Both the position numbers and the translations under genes were made by a program. 64,000 nucleotides of DNA from Desulfovibrio sp. (GTDB taxonomy: Bacteria; Desulfobacterota; Desulfovibrionia; Desulfovibrionales; Desulfovibrionaceae), in contig NZ_DASQOG010000210.1 of the NCBI RefSeq assembly GCF_035644575.1, positions 10,363 through 74,362 on the forward strand, written 5' to 3'. Positions 30,807 through 40,192 of this stretch are shown here, piece after piece (positions within the stretch are counted from its first letter, which is position 1; each line of letters opens with the position of its first letter). The notes beneath the pieces are model-generated. The model was not told the origin of the DNA. It ran no database searches and was given only the letters and a program-made list of their open reading frames with translations.

Positions 30807-32150
30807 TCACAGGCTACCAAGCCATTTTTTTTGCCTGTACAGGTATAGCAGACACAGGGTTCCGGTTGCTTCGGCGCAGGCCATGGACACAAAGATGCCA
30901 GTGGCCCCACAATGCAACAGATAGGTCAGGGCATAGGCCAGGGGTACGCAGATGCCCCAGCGGGTCAGGGCTGTGATGCGGCTGGTAAGCCGCGTGGCCC
31001 CTGCGCCGTCCAGCACTGCCTGCAACAGCATGCCCACTACTTCCAGCGGCAGTTTTGCGCAGGCGACCAGCAGAAAAATCCCCGCCACCGTTACGGCGGC
31101 CTGGTCGTGGGTGAACCAGCGCGCAACGGCGTGTCGGCTCAAAAACAGTGCCGCTGCCGCCACAATGGCAATCAGAGCCACCTGCCGGGCATAGTGCAGG
31201 GCCATGTCGTAGCATTCAGCCTTGCGCCGTGCGCCCAGCAAATGCCCTGTCATGATGGCAAGGGTCATACCCATCGCCGCCACAGGAAAATACAGCATAC
31301 TGACAATCCGCATGCCGAGCGTCATGCCCGCCAGTGTTTCCGCAGCATTGCCGGGCATGTTTGCAACACAGGCCAGCAGGGCCATGCTGCCGCTCTGCCC
31401 TGCCAGGCTGCCCAAGGCGGCGGGGATGCCAATGCGCCACAACCTCGGCAGTGCGGCCCTGTTCCACCGCCAGCTTGCAAAGGATGACCGGCTGATGATT
31501 CCCCGCCGCACCGCCAGAGCAATATTGCAGGCAAAGCCCAGCGCAGACGAGGCAACGGTTGCCCACGCCACCCCTGCATAGCCCAATTGGGGCAGGTCCC
31601 AGCGGCCCAGCCCGTAGCCCACGCTGCCCACATAATTGACCAGCGCCACCAGACACAACGTGGCAAAAGGCAGCCATACCATTTTGTGCGCACGGAATGT
31701 GGAATTGAGAATTATCATGCTGTAATAAAACGGCAATTGCAGGGCATAGGCTTGGGCAAACAGGGTGGCGGCAGGGGCAAGCTCCGGAGAAGACAAACCA
31801 TGAAGAGGCACGAGCCGCAGCACCATAAGGGCCAGAGCGGCAACACTGCTTCCGGCAAGCAGCGATATGCAGAGGACCAGCCCGGCATATCGCCGAGCAC
31901 GCAAAAAAAGCCCAGCCCCCACAGCGCGGCTGACAGTAGCCATACATCCGCTGGCAACCATGGATGTGACAAGCATGAGAAAGGCGAAAACCTGAGAGAT
32001 GCCGCCAAGCACCGCGAGGATTTGGCCGTCGATCTGCCCGCATACCCAAAGATCGGTCATGGAAACCGCCAGATGGCACAGCATAAGGCCCATCTGAGGA
32101 ACGGTGAGCTTCAGGACTTCCCACGTTGTGACGGGCAATGATTGCGACAT
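30807..32150 (-). CDS. MATE family efflux transporter
   Basis: About 12 TM helices; LQAVLDGAG and IGIPAAL motifs. Start placed at ATG 32150. Confidence 0.85.
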   Translation of the reverse strand: MSQSLPVTTWEVLKLTVPQMGLMLCHLAVSMTDLWVCGQIDGQILAVLGGISQVFAFLMLVTSMVASGCMATVSRAVGAGLFLRARRYAGLVLCISLLAGSSVAALALMVLRLVPLHGLSSPELAPAATLFAQAYALQLPFYYSMIILNSTFRAHKMVWLPFATLCLVALVNYVGSVGYGLGRWDLPQLGYAGVAWATVASSALGFACNIALAVRRGIISRSSFASWRWNRAALPRLWRIGIPAALGSLAGQSGSMALLACVANMPGNAAETLAGMTLGMRIVSMLYFPVAAMGMTLAIMTGHLLGARRKAECYDMALHYARQVALIAIVAAAALFLSRHAVARWFTHDQAAVTVAGIFLLVACAKLPLEVVGMLLQAVLDGAGATRLTSRITALTRWGICVPLAYALTYLLHCGATGIFVSMACAEATGTLCLLYLYRQKKWLGSL

Positions 32151-32186
32151 GCCCCGACAGTGGCGCAAAAAGTTATTATAGTCAAA

Positions 32187-32205
32187 TAAAGTTAGGCAAG
32201 ATTAA
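32187..32205 (-). promoter_or_regulatory. Second DtxR-like operator, upstream of the MATE-dtxR operon
   Basis: The minus strand reads TTAATCTTGCCTAACTTTA and shares the half-site CTAACTTT with the box at 21742. Confidence 0.45.
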
Positions 32206-32493
32206 TTAATTGTGCGCCCCTCTACTTGTTGATTTGTGTGGGATACGAGCGAGTTTCCCATCAAGGGAGCACAGGGAAACTCATGGTATTGGTGCTGGCA
32301 GCGACGTGATTTCCAAGCTCATCAAGGCTTTTGCCATCCGCCTGCGCCTCATTGCCCCGGCGGCGTGCTAGCCCCATGCCGCAACATGCCCCTACAACCA
32401 TGCAACCCAATAATTGAGGGAAAGCACGCTGGCTCAAATTCCATTGTTGTTATTCGTTCCTATAGGCAAAAACTGGAATTGTCTGCCCATTAT

Positions 32494-32949
32494 TTATTGA
32501 AATCTTTTGTACTTGCACTGTGTTATTATGCCATCTTTATTAACTATGAAATTCATCACGGTATAATAATCAACATTAATATACATTGGGGAAAGATTGA
32601 ACGCAGGGGCATCAACGCCAATAGACTCATCTTGATTGTAGTAGTAGTAATATGCATATACCCGTTCACCGTCAGGAAGTTCTTTATACACCTCATCTGA
32701 CTTAAATTTTCCTCCATTATAGTCGCCACTTACACAATAATTTATATACTTCTGCACAACAAATGCGTACATGCCCTGGCGAGCATGCATGTTTTTGGGC
32801 ATCCAGAGCGTGAAGCCTTTTCCATTGTCATAGTTTTCTGGATACTCCCCAAACAGACCACTTTGGCTTCTGTCTGGCAGAGGGCCACAGGCGCAGAGCA
32901 GGGCAAACAGACAAAACAGGGCAATGTTTTTGTACATGGAGTTTCTCAT
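32494..32949 (-). CDS. Lipoprotein, paralog 1 of 4 (151 aa)
   Basis: Lipobox LLCA-C21; ELPDG.RVYAY...NFIVNKDGII (BamE/BLIP-like pattern). Confidence 0.8.
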   Translation of the reverse strand: MRNSMYKNIALFCLFALLCACGPLPDRSQSGLFGEYPENYDNGKGFTLWMPKNMHARQGMYAFVVQKYINYCVSGDYNGGKFKSDEVYKELPDGERVYAYYYYYNQDESIGVDAPAFNLSPMYINVDYYTVMNFIVNKDGIITQCKYKRFQ

Positions 32950-33276
32950 TTATCAGATAACTGCCTGAAAGTAGCAAACCGTTCAGAGCAATGCTTTGGG
33001 GCCATTATTACCAACATGCCTCTGCCCCGCTCACGTTTTGCACAACTGCAAAGAGGCCTGCCCGCGCGCACAAAAGCTGCTCCGCAGCCTTTGGCGTCTA
33101 GGACTTTGCGAATCGTCGTTACTGCCTGTCATTACGCATCGCGCCCACCCCATGCGCACATTTGGTCCGTTTCAGACTGCCCAGCAAAAAAGATTGCGGG
33201 AATGCATGCTAGCTTAAATTTCACCGATGCTATTCGCTCCAACAGATGATTATTCGCAAATAACTTTCTGCATTTT

Positions 33277-33732
33277 TTAATAAAAATGCAAGTATTTGCA
33301 GCGTGTTATTATGCCGTCCTTATTAACTATAAAATTCATAACAACATAATAATCAACATTAATATGCATTGGTGTAAGATTGAACGCTGGCGCATCAACG
33401 CCAATAGATTCATCTTGATTGTAGTAATAGTAGTATGCATATACACGGCCACCGTCAGGGAGTTCTTTGTAAACATCGTCAGAATTATATTTCCCTCCAT
33501 CAAAGTCGCCATTAGCGCAGTGGTCCATATGTTTTTGCACGACAAAAGCATACATTCCTTGCTCTGCATGCATGTTTTTTGGCATCCAAAGCGTAAAACC
33601 CTTTCCGTTATCATAATTTTCTGGATACCGGCCAAAAAGGCCGCTCTGGTTTCTCGATGGCGATGGGCCACAGGCACAGAGCAGTGTGAACAAGCAGAAG
33701 AGTGCAATGTTTTTGTACATGGAAGTTCTCAT
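33277..33732 (-). CDS. Lipoprotein, paralog 2 of 4 (151 aa)
   Basis: Same family as paralog 1, colinear with no indels. Confidence 0.8.
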   Translation of the reverse strand: MRTSMYKNIALFCLFTLLCACGPSPSRNQSGLFGRYPENYDNGKGFTLWMPKNMHAEQGMYAFVVQKHMDHCANGDFDGGKYNSDDVYKELPDGGRVYAYYYYYNQDESIGVDAPAFNLTPMHINVDYYVVMNFIVNKDGIITRCKYLHFY

Positions 33733-33767
33733 TCAGGTGATTATTCGCAAATAACTTGCTGCATCTT

Positions 33768-34223
33768 TTAATGAAAATGCAAGTATTTGCAGCGTGTTAT
33801 TATGCCATCCTTATTAACTATAAAGTTCATTACAGTATAATAATCGACTTTAAATCTAATTGCTTTTGTATTGAATGTTGGGTTATCAATTCCAGCACTC
33901 TCCTCTTGATTGTAGTAGTAGTAATATGCATATACACGGCCACCGTCAGGAAGCTCTTTATAAACTTCATCTGACTTAAACTTTCCCCCATTATAGTCTC
34001 CATTGGCACAATAGTTCATATATTTCCGCACAACAAATTCATACATGCCTTGGCGGGCGTGCATATTCTTTGGCATCCAAAGCCAGGAGCCTTTTCCATC
34101 AGCATAATCTTCCGGATAGCGCCCAAACAAACCGCTTTGGCTTCTGTCTGGCAGAGGGCCACAGGCGCAGAGCAGGGCAAACAGGCAAAACAGGGCAATA
34201 TTTTTGTACATGGAATTTCTCAT
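33768..34223 (-). CDS. Lipoprotein, paralog 3 of 4 (151 aa)
   Basis: Same family; divergent segment EESAGIDNPTFNTKAIRFK. Confidence 0.8.
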   Translation of the reverse strand: MRNSMYKNIALFCLFALLCACGPLPDRSQSGLFGRYPEDYADGKGSWLWMPKNMHARQGMYEFVVRKYMNYCANGDYNGGKFKSDEVYKELPDGGRVYAYYYYYNQEESAGIDNPTFNTKAIRFKVDYYTVMNFIVNKDGIITRCKYLHFH

Positions 34224-34550
34224 TTATCAGATAACTGCCTGAAAGTGGCAAACCGTTCAGAGCAATGCTTTGGGGCCATTATTACCAACATGCCTCTGCC
34301 CCGCTCACGTTTTGCACAACTGCAAAGAGGCCTGCCCGTGCGCACAAAAGTTTGCTCCGCCGCCGTTGACATCTGGAGCTTTGCAGATCGTCGTTGCTGC
34401 CTGTCATTACGCATCGCGCCCACCCCATGCGCACACATCCGCTGAGCCTCAGTCAGTTCTGCAAAAAATTGAAAAAAGCACTCCAGCTAAAATTGCACTG
34501 CTGCAATCCGCTTCGGCAGGCAATTGTTGACAATTTCCTGGCCAACTTTT

Positions 34551-35006
34551 TTAATTAAATCTCATGTATTTACAATTTGTAATTATGCCGTCTTTATTAA
34601 CTATAAAGTTCATTACAGTATAATATTTAACATTAATATACATTGGGGAAAGATTGAACGCAGGGGCATCAACGCCAATAGACTCATCTTGATTGTAATA
34701 GTAGTAATAAGCATACACACGGGAACCGTCTGGAAGTTCTTTATAAACCTCTTTTGATTCAAACTTTCCGCCATTATAATCCCCGTTTACGCAGTAGTTG
34801 ATATATTTCTGCACAACAAATGCGTACATACCTTGGCGGGCATGCATATTATCTGGCATCCAGAGAGTGAAGCCGTCCGTATCAACAAAATTTTCAGGAT
34901 ACCGGCCAAACAGGCCGCTCTGGTTTCTTGATGGCGAAGGGCCACAGGCACAGAGCAGTGTGAACAGGCAGAGGAGTGCAATGTTTTTGTACATGGAAAT
35001 TCTCAC
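34551..35006 (-). CDS. Lipoprotein, paralog 4 of 4 (151 aa)
   Basis: Same family as paralogs 1-3, colinear. Confidence 0.8.
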   Translation of the reverse strand: MRISMYKNIALLCLFTLLCACGPSPSRNQSGLFGRYPENFVDTDGFTLWMPDNMHARQGMYAFVVQKYINYCVNGDYNGGKFESKEVYKELPDGSRVYAYYYYYNQDESIGVDAPAFNLSPMYINVKYYTVMNFIVNKDGIITNCKYMRFN

Positions 35007-36084
35007 TTTTCAGTATTGAAACAACATACTGTGGACAACTCTAGTGCATCACTTTTTGTTTGTGGGTGGGGATGAAAACATATCTATCATTCAAGGCGGT
35101 TTGGCCCCCCCAGGGGTGGTGCCAATATCTCGTCAGACCTGTTACGATGCTGTTTCTTTGTTTTCTGGCACAGACAGCCCCACCGCTGCCCTTGGCTTTG
35201 TCCTTCTTTTTATCGCCACCTGCCAAGCCCCAAAATATCCGCTAAAAAACCGCTCGGGCTAGTCGCTACTTCATGCAGCGAATTGAGTCTGCTGATGGAG
35301 AATAGAAAAATCCTATGGCTCAAACACTGCCCAGGAACGCACATAGCCTTTCTGGACATAGCATTGATGAGTTCTTGCAGCACCGTATTATGGTGCCCAG
35401 CGTAAAACACTGCCCCTCATGAACCTGCGTGATTGTCCGCCCAGATACGAGGGAAGCAACGCGGCTCCTTCCCCACTGATTGTTTCAATGGGGCGCGCAA
35501 GGGCCTGTTTCCTTAAGCGCTGGCCTGGATTGGCCTTGCGACTCTTCGGGCGGGTTTAGAAGCATCTTGCGGCGCTGGTTACCATCCAGTTTTCGCAGAC
35601 GCGGATCGTGTAACTTGATAACGCGATCAGGAAAAAAGGCGGCATGGACGCGGCAACATGCACATTATGCATAAGCAACAAAATCACCGTGAGGCATGCA
35701 GCTATTTTTTGCATCGCGAGGATATACTAGTACCCGATAATAGATGCAACTATATATAAATATTAGTTGATTGGTTGGTTTACTATAGATAGTTGAAACC
35801 AAATACGAACCAGTACAAATAAAAAAATTAATGAAAATTGACTATTCAAAATCACATAAGAGATATTTACACACACAAACTGCATAAATATCCAATTATA
35901 ACATAATGTTAATGAATTTTTTGCTTTTTTGACTTCGACTTCTGCTCTGAAATTCTGACTTGCAACGGAAGCGGACAATCTTTGTCGGCAAATCTTAATG
36001 TTGCGGGGAAAAATGCGGACTAACGCGCTAGAATCATACATTGATATAGAAACAATTATTATATATCAAAAGCAAAAAATCAGG

Positions 36085-36339
36085 ATGGATAATATGCTTA
36101 TAATAAGAGCTGCAACAATACTTTTTGGCGCTGTTTTGGGATTTTACGCCGTACAGTTTATCCGCAAGTACAGGTTAAACCTAAAAACAATTTCTGAACT
36201 AAAGCGAATAAACCTCTGTCTTGACTTGGAAATTGAAGATTTGAGAGCAGAGTTAAAGAAGTATAAAAAGGGCAAATCTGAAATCGGCATTGAAGAAGTA
36301 AGTGATACGCACGGCAGCAATGAAAAACATGAGGACTAG
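36085..36339 (+). CDS. Small hypothetical protein with one TM helix and a coiled coil
   Basis: Hydrophobic N-terminus followed by heptad-like LEIEDLRAELKK; AT-rich. Start uncertain. Confidence 0.35.
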   Translation: MDNMLIIRAATILFGAVLGFYAVQFIRKYRLNLKTISELKRINLCLDLEIEDLRAELKKYKKGKSEIGIEEVSDTHGSNEKHED

Positions 36340-36406
36340 ATTCTGGCCGAGCGCTTGTAACCAATCTCCATTGTCCTGACATGCTGCGCAATGAGTAAGG
36401 ATTACA

Positions 36407-36883
36407 ATGACAAAATTTATAGTAAGGTCACTTTGCCTTCATGACGTTCATTCACTGCTCGAAGGCAAGATTTCGTTAAAGCAGATAGACTGTGCCGAAT
36501 ATCTACTTCCACGTATTGTTCTTCAAGCGGCACTTGATGCCCATACACAGGGAACTGAATGGTTTTGGTGCGCGCCGAGGCTTTTTATAGATGCCACTAC
36601 AGGGCAAACCTTGGGAACCGCATCGTTTCTGGCCACAAACGATCCTGCTGTTTTTGAGATCGGTTATGGCACAGCAACAGAATTTCAGGGAATGGGGATT
36701 GCCTCACGCGGACTTGCATTGATGCTGGCAGAGGCGCAGGCCCACGATTCCGCAATGCGCTATATTGCCAAAACAGCCACTAACAACCGGGCCTCGCAGT
36801 GCGTACTTGAAAAGAACGGCTTTACGCCCTGCGGCAAAACCATAGATGTGGAAGACGGCGAGCTTGTTCTCTGGAGCAGATAG
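36407..36883 (+). CDS. GNAT (RimJ/RimL-like) acetyltransferase
   Basis: EIGYG..EFQGMGIAS and N.ASQ.VLEKNGF motifs. Confidence 0.85.
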   Translation: MTKFIVRSLCLHDVHSLLEGKISLKQIDCAEYLLPRIVLQAALDAHTQGTEWFWCAPRLFIDATTGQTLGTASFLATNDPAVFEIGYGTATEFQGMGIASRGLALMLAEAQAHDSAMRYIAKTATNNRASQCVLEKNGFTPCGKTIDVEDGELVLWSR

Positions 36884-37120
36884 CTGCGCCGTCACCTCCA
36901 ATCAGAAACACAGCAGCACTTTCGGTGTGTCGGGCGGCACTGCCCTATCAAGACAAACACAGACAGGCAATCCGGCAGCACGGTTAGTCAGAAAAACGAT
37001 ATTGTTCTTTTTTACACAAAGGTCTACTCTCAAGCATCAGGAGCTGAATCCGCAAAGACGGCTTCGCCCCCCCCCACGGTTGAAATTCTGTTTCCTTAAC
37101 ATCAACTAAGGAGTAGCACC

Positions 37121-37603
37121 GTGCGCCGTATCCTGCCTCTTTTTCTTGTCCTTTTACTTGTCGCCTTCAACGCATACGCTGCGGCACCCGCCAAACAGCT
37201 TCCTGGCGATCTTACCCTGGCCGAAGCGCAGACAGTGCTCAACACCGCGCTGGCTTTCTCTGTAAAACAGGGCATTCCCATGAACATTGCCGTGGTCGAT
37301 GCCGGGGGCAACCTCAAAGCCTTTGTCCGTGAGGACGGAGCCTTTATTGGCAGCATCGATATTTCGCAAAAAAAGGCCATAACGGCCCGCTATTTCAACA
37401 TGTCCACCGCCCAGCTTGGCGCTGCCTCCCAGCCGGGCAAGGAACTTTATGGCATTGAAGTCACCAACAGGGGTCTTGTGATCTTTGGCGGCGGCGAATT
37501 GCTGATCCGCAACGGCGTCATTGTTGGGGCCATCGGCGTGAGCGGCGGCAGCGTGGCTGAAGACACCGCCGTTTCCAAGGCTGGCGCAGCAGCGCTCAAG
37601 TAA
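37121..37603 (+). CDS. Heme-binding protein, GlcG/HbpS family, with signal peptide
   Basis: IAVVDAGGNL..F.REDGA..S.DI..KKA.TA and GAIGVSGG motifs. Confidence 0.85.
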   Translation: MRRILPLFLVLLLVAFNAYAAAPAKQLPGDLTLAEAQTVLNTALAFSVKQGIPMNIAVVDAGGNLKAFVREDGAFIGSIDISQKKAITARYFNMSTAQLGAASQPGKELYGIEVTNRGLVIFGGGELLIRNGVIVGAIGVSGGSVAEDTAVSKAGAAALK

Positions 37604-37839
37604 GCCAACACAGAGGCAACACGCCCTATAACCTGAATATTCAGGAGGTTGCCGCACAGAACCCCTGCACGGCCCCCCCCAAAAAAACAACCCCCATCAG
37701 GCAAAAACAGGTACTCCTTCCGGTATACTCTGCCCGCCTGATGGGGGTTTTACTATTGTACGTCTCGCTGTTTGCCAGCGCGTTTGTGCGAGCTGAAAAT
37801 ACTTGCCAGCCCGACAAGAGAATGATGAAGAGTCAGCCC

Positions 37840-38694
37840 CTAAACTTCGTGCACCGCCGCGCAGTCCTTCTTGCCCAACCCCGCAGCCGCGCCACGCCCA
37901 AAGCGGGCAAAAACCAGATCCAGCAGGGGCACATCCACATTCATGCCATGGGCCATGCCGCAGCCAAGGCGCAGATCCTTGAGGGCGAGATCCAGCGCGA
38001 ACCTTGGGGGATCATACTCCCCTTGGGCCATGGATTTTCCCCTGGCATCAAGCTGAAAACTGTGCGCGCCAGTTTCTCCAAGCAGTTGCAGCAGTAGATT
38101 TTTTTCCACACCTGCGGCCTCGCCTATGCGCAGCCCCTCGCTCAAAACAGCAAGATTTGCCATACCCACAAGATTGCTGACCAGCTTGACCGCGCAGGCA
38201 GCTTCCACCGTGCCCACATTGTTGAACACGCCAAGAACGGGCCAGACTTCGGCCAGCCCGGCAATGGCCTGCTGGTCGCCACCCACAAAGAGCGGAGCTT
38301 CGCCGCGTTCCGCATGGGCAGGCGTTTTGCCAAGGGTGCATTGAATGTAGGCAATGCCCTGCCTGTCTGCGGCCTCGGCAAGGGCTACGGCTGTCTGGGA
38401 ATCGATTGTCGAGAGTTCCACATGCACGGAACCGGGCTGCATGTGCGCGTACAGGCCATCCGAACCGAGCGCTTTTTCCGTCAGATGTTCCGGCAGGGCC
38501 AGACATGTGAAAACCACCTTGCAGGAGGCCATGTCCGCCATGCTCATGGCGGGTACTCCGCTCGTTCCGGCGGCAAGGGTTTTATCCCTCCCTTCGGCGC
38601 TGCGGTTGTACACGTGCACGGTCTTGCCCGCGCGGATAAGATTGCGCGCCAGCGGCCCGCCCATCGCGCCTACGCCGATAAAACCAAATTCCAT
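37840..38694 (-). CDS. NAD(P)-dependent beta-hydroxyacid dehydrogenase family protein
   Basis: GFIGVGAMG and catalytic KLVSN motifs. Confidence 0.85.
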   Translation of the reverse strand: MEFGFIGVGAMGGPLARNLIRAGKTVHVYNRSAEGRDKTLAAGTSGVPAMSMADMASCKVVFTCLALPEHLTEKALGSDGLYAHMQPGSVHVELSTIDSQTAVALAEAADRQGIAYIQCTLGKTPAHAERGEAPLFVGGDQQAIAGLAEVWPVLGVFNNVGTVEAACAVKLVSNLVGMANLAVLSEGLRIGEAAGVEKNLLLQLLGETGAHSFQLDARGKSMAQGEYDPPRFALDLALKDLRLGCGMAHGMNVDVPLLDLVFARFGRGAAAGLGKKDCAAVHEV

Positions 38695-38708
38695 ATCTCG
38701 TGCCCCCG

Positions 38709-39266
38709 CTATTTACCCTGCGCTGCGGCTTCGCAAGCGTCAATGCCGCCCTTGCCCAGCAGGCGCATCAAAAAATCATGCCTCTCCACCACAAGGTTGC
38801 GGCCCTGCTGTTGTGCCCGGCGCACCTGCGCGGCGTAGAGTTCCAGCGTTCTGTCCGAAAGCGTTTCAAGCTCGCAGCGCAGGTAACGGCGAAACATTCC
38901 CTGACCATTGCTTTTTATGACGTGCGGATAGCGCGCCTGCGCCTCATGCAGAAAAACCTCTTCGGCATCGGCGATTTCATCCAGCAGCGGGCTTGTGCTC
39001 AGGGGCGGCAGTCGGTCGTCCATGCGGGCGTATTTTTCAACCATAAGATTGCGGCTGTTCACTTCCGCCTGCCGCAAATCGGCAAGGTACGAGTCCAGCA
39101 CGGCGTCTTCGTGCGCGGAATGGGCCATTTTACGCATGGCGCGAAAGGTGTCTGGCCGGGTCTGGCATTCTGAAACGCCGCCCTCGTTGTTGGTGGCCAG
39201 AAACATGGCAAGCTCGCGCTCAATGATCTCGGCAAGCGCTGCTTCCCGATCAAAATTTTCCTGCAT
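38709..39266 (-). CDS. DUF4125 family protein
   Basis: IIERE..MF..TNNEGG...CQ..P.TF..MR...Y..DL..A....RNL..EKYARM pattern. Confidence 0.8.
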   Translation of the reverse strand: MQENFDREAALAEIIERELAMFLATNNEGGVSECQTRPDTFRAMRKMAHSAHEDAVLDSYLADLRQAEVNSRNLMVEKYARMDDRLPPLSTSPLLDEIADAEEVFLHEAQARYPHVIKSNGQGMFRRYLRCELETLSDRTLELYAAQVRRAQQQGRNLVVERHDFLMRLLGKGGIDACEAAAQGK

Positions 39267-39284
39267 AGCCTAGACTCCTTCTGC

Positions 39285-40136
39285 TCAGACCGTGGGGGCC
39301 GCAGCCGCTCTGGCCTGATGGCAGATCTCAAGATTTTTTTTGTAGCCCTGCGCTTCTGCGCCCATACCAAGACCAAGGCGGTCATACATGCTCACGGAGT
39401 CCTGCAAGGTCGCGGCGGCCTCGTCCCATTGCCCGGCAGAAGCCAGCGCCACGCCAAGATTGCCCAGAGAAAAGGCTGTTTCCTCGTGCTCGCCCAGCAG
39501 TTCCCGCCGCAAAGCCACGGCCTGACGGTGCAGGGCGATGCCCTCGGCGAGTTGGCCGCGTTCTTCGCAGATGCGCCCAAGGTTATTGAGGCAAACGCCC
39601 AGTTGCGGCACGCAAAAGCCCTGCTTTTCCCATATTTCCTTGGCGCTGAGCATGAGGGATTCCGCCCGGTCAAAATCGCGCTTGCGATAATAGGCGGAAG
39701 AAAGACGCAACTGCGCTTCCGCCACCTGTGGGGAATCCGACCCACAGGCCTCAATGGTAAGGCGCAGGGCTTCGCGCCCAAGATCAAGGCTTTCTTCAAC
39801 CTTTTCAAGCCCAAGCAGTGCATGGGCAAGGTTCTGCATGGCCCCGAGGGTCATGGGCGCAGTGGGGCCCATGGTGGCGCGCAGCAGGGCAAGGCTTTCC
39901 TGCAGAGCCAAAACGGCGGCATCCGGGCGTTGCAGGGTAAAATTGGCGCGGCCCATGCCGTCCAGAGCCAGCGCGCGGCAGAGGTCATCGCCGGGATAGC
40001 GCGCAACAAGCGCTTCAAGCGCTTCGATGCACTTTTGCGGCTGGCCCTGCTTCATCAGATCAAGGGCGGGGCGCAGTTCATCAAGCCATTGGCGTTGTGC
40101 GGCCATCGGCAACTCCTCGTGGAATAGATCACTCAA
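39285..40136 (-). CDS. Tetratricopeptide repeat protein
   Basis: Repeated TPR units (LNNLGRI..ERG...E, LGNLGVAL). Confidence 0.85.
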   Translation of the reverse strand: MSDLFHEELPMAAQRQWLDELRPALDLMKQGQPQKCIEALEALVARYPGDDLCRALALDGMGRANFTLQRPDAAVLALQESLALLRATMGPTAPMTLGAMQNLAHALLGLEKVEESLDLGREALRLTIEACGSDSPQVAEAQLRLSSAYYRKRDFDRAESLMLSAKEIWEKQGFCVPQLGVCLNNLGRICEERGQLAEGIALHRQAVALRRELLGEHEETAFSLGNLGVALASAGQWDEAAATLQDSVSMYDRLGLGMGAEAQGYKKNLEICHQARAAAAPTV

Positions 40137-40192
40137 TCAGAGTAAAAAAGGCATCCTAACATAGCCAGAGGGCAAAAAGGCATGGGGCAGGA

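Larger units (their letters stand above)
32494..35006. repeat. Tandem duplication with 1274-bp period (two-gene unit)
   Basis: 32494 to 33768 and 33277 to 34551 are both 1274 bp. Both long spacers are 327 bp and share about 200 bp of near-identical sequence (32950.. and 34224..). Confidence 0.9.

Noticed and set aside
32494-35006. Repeats as a CRISPR array or a DGR
   Set aside because: The repeats are whole protein-coding genes; there are no short repeat-spacer units, no cas genes, no reverse transcriptase and no adenine-specific variation pattern.
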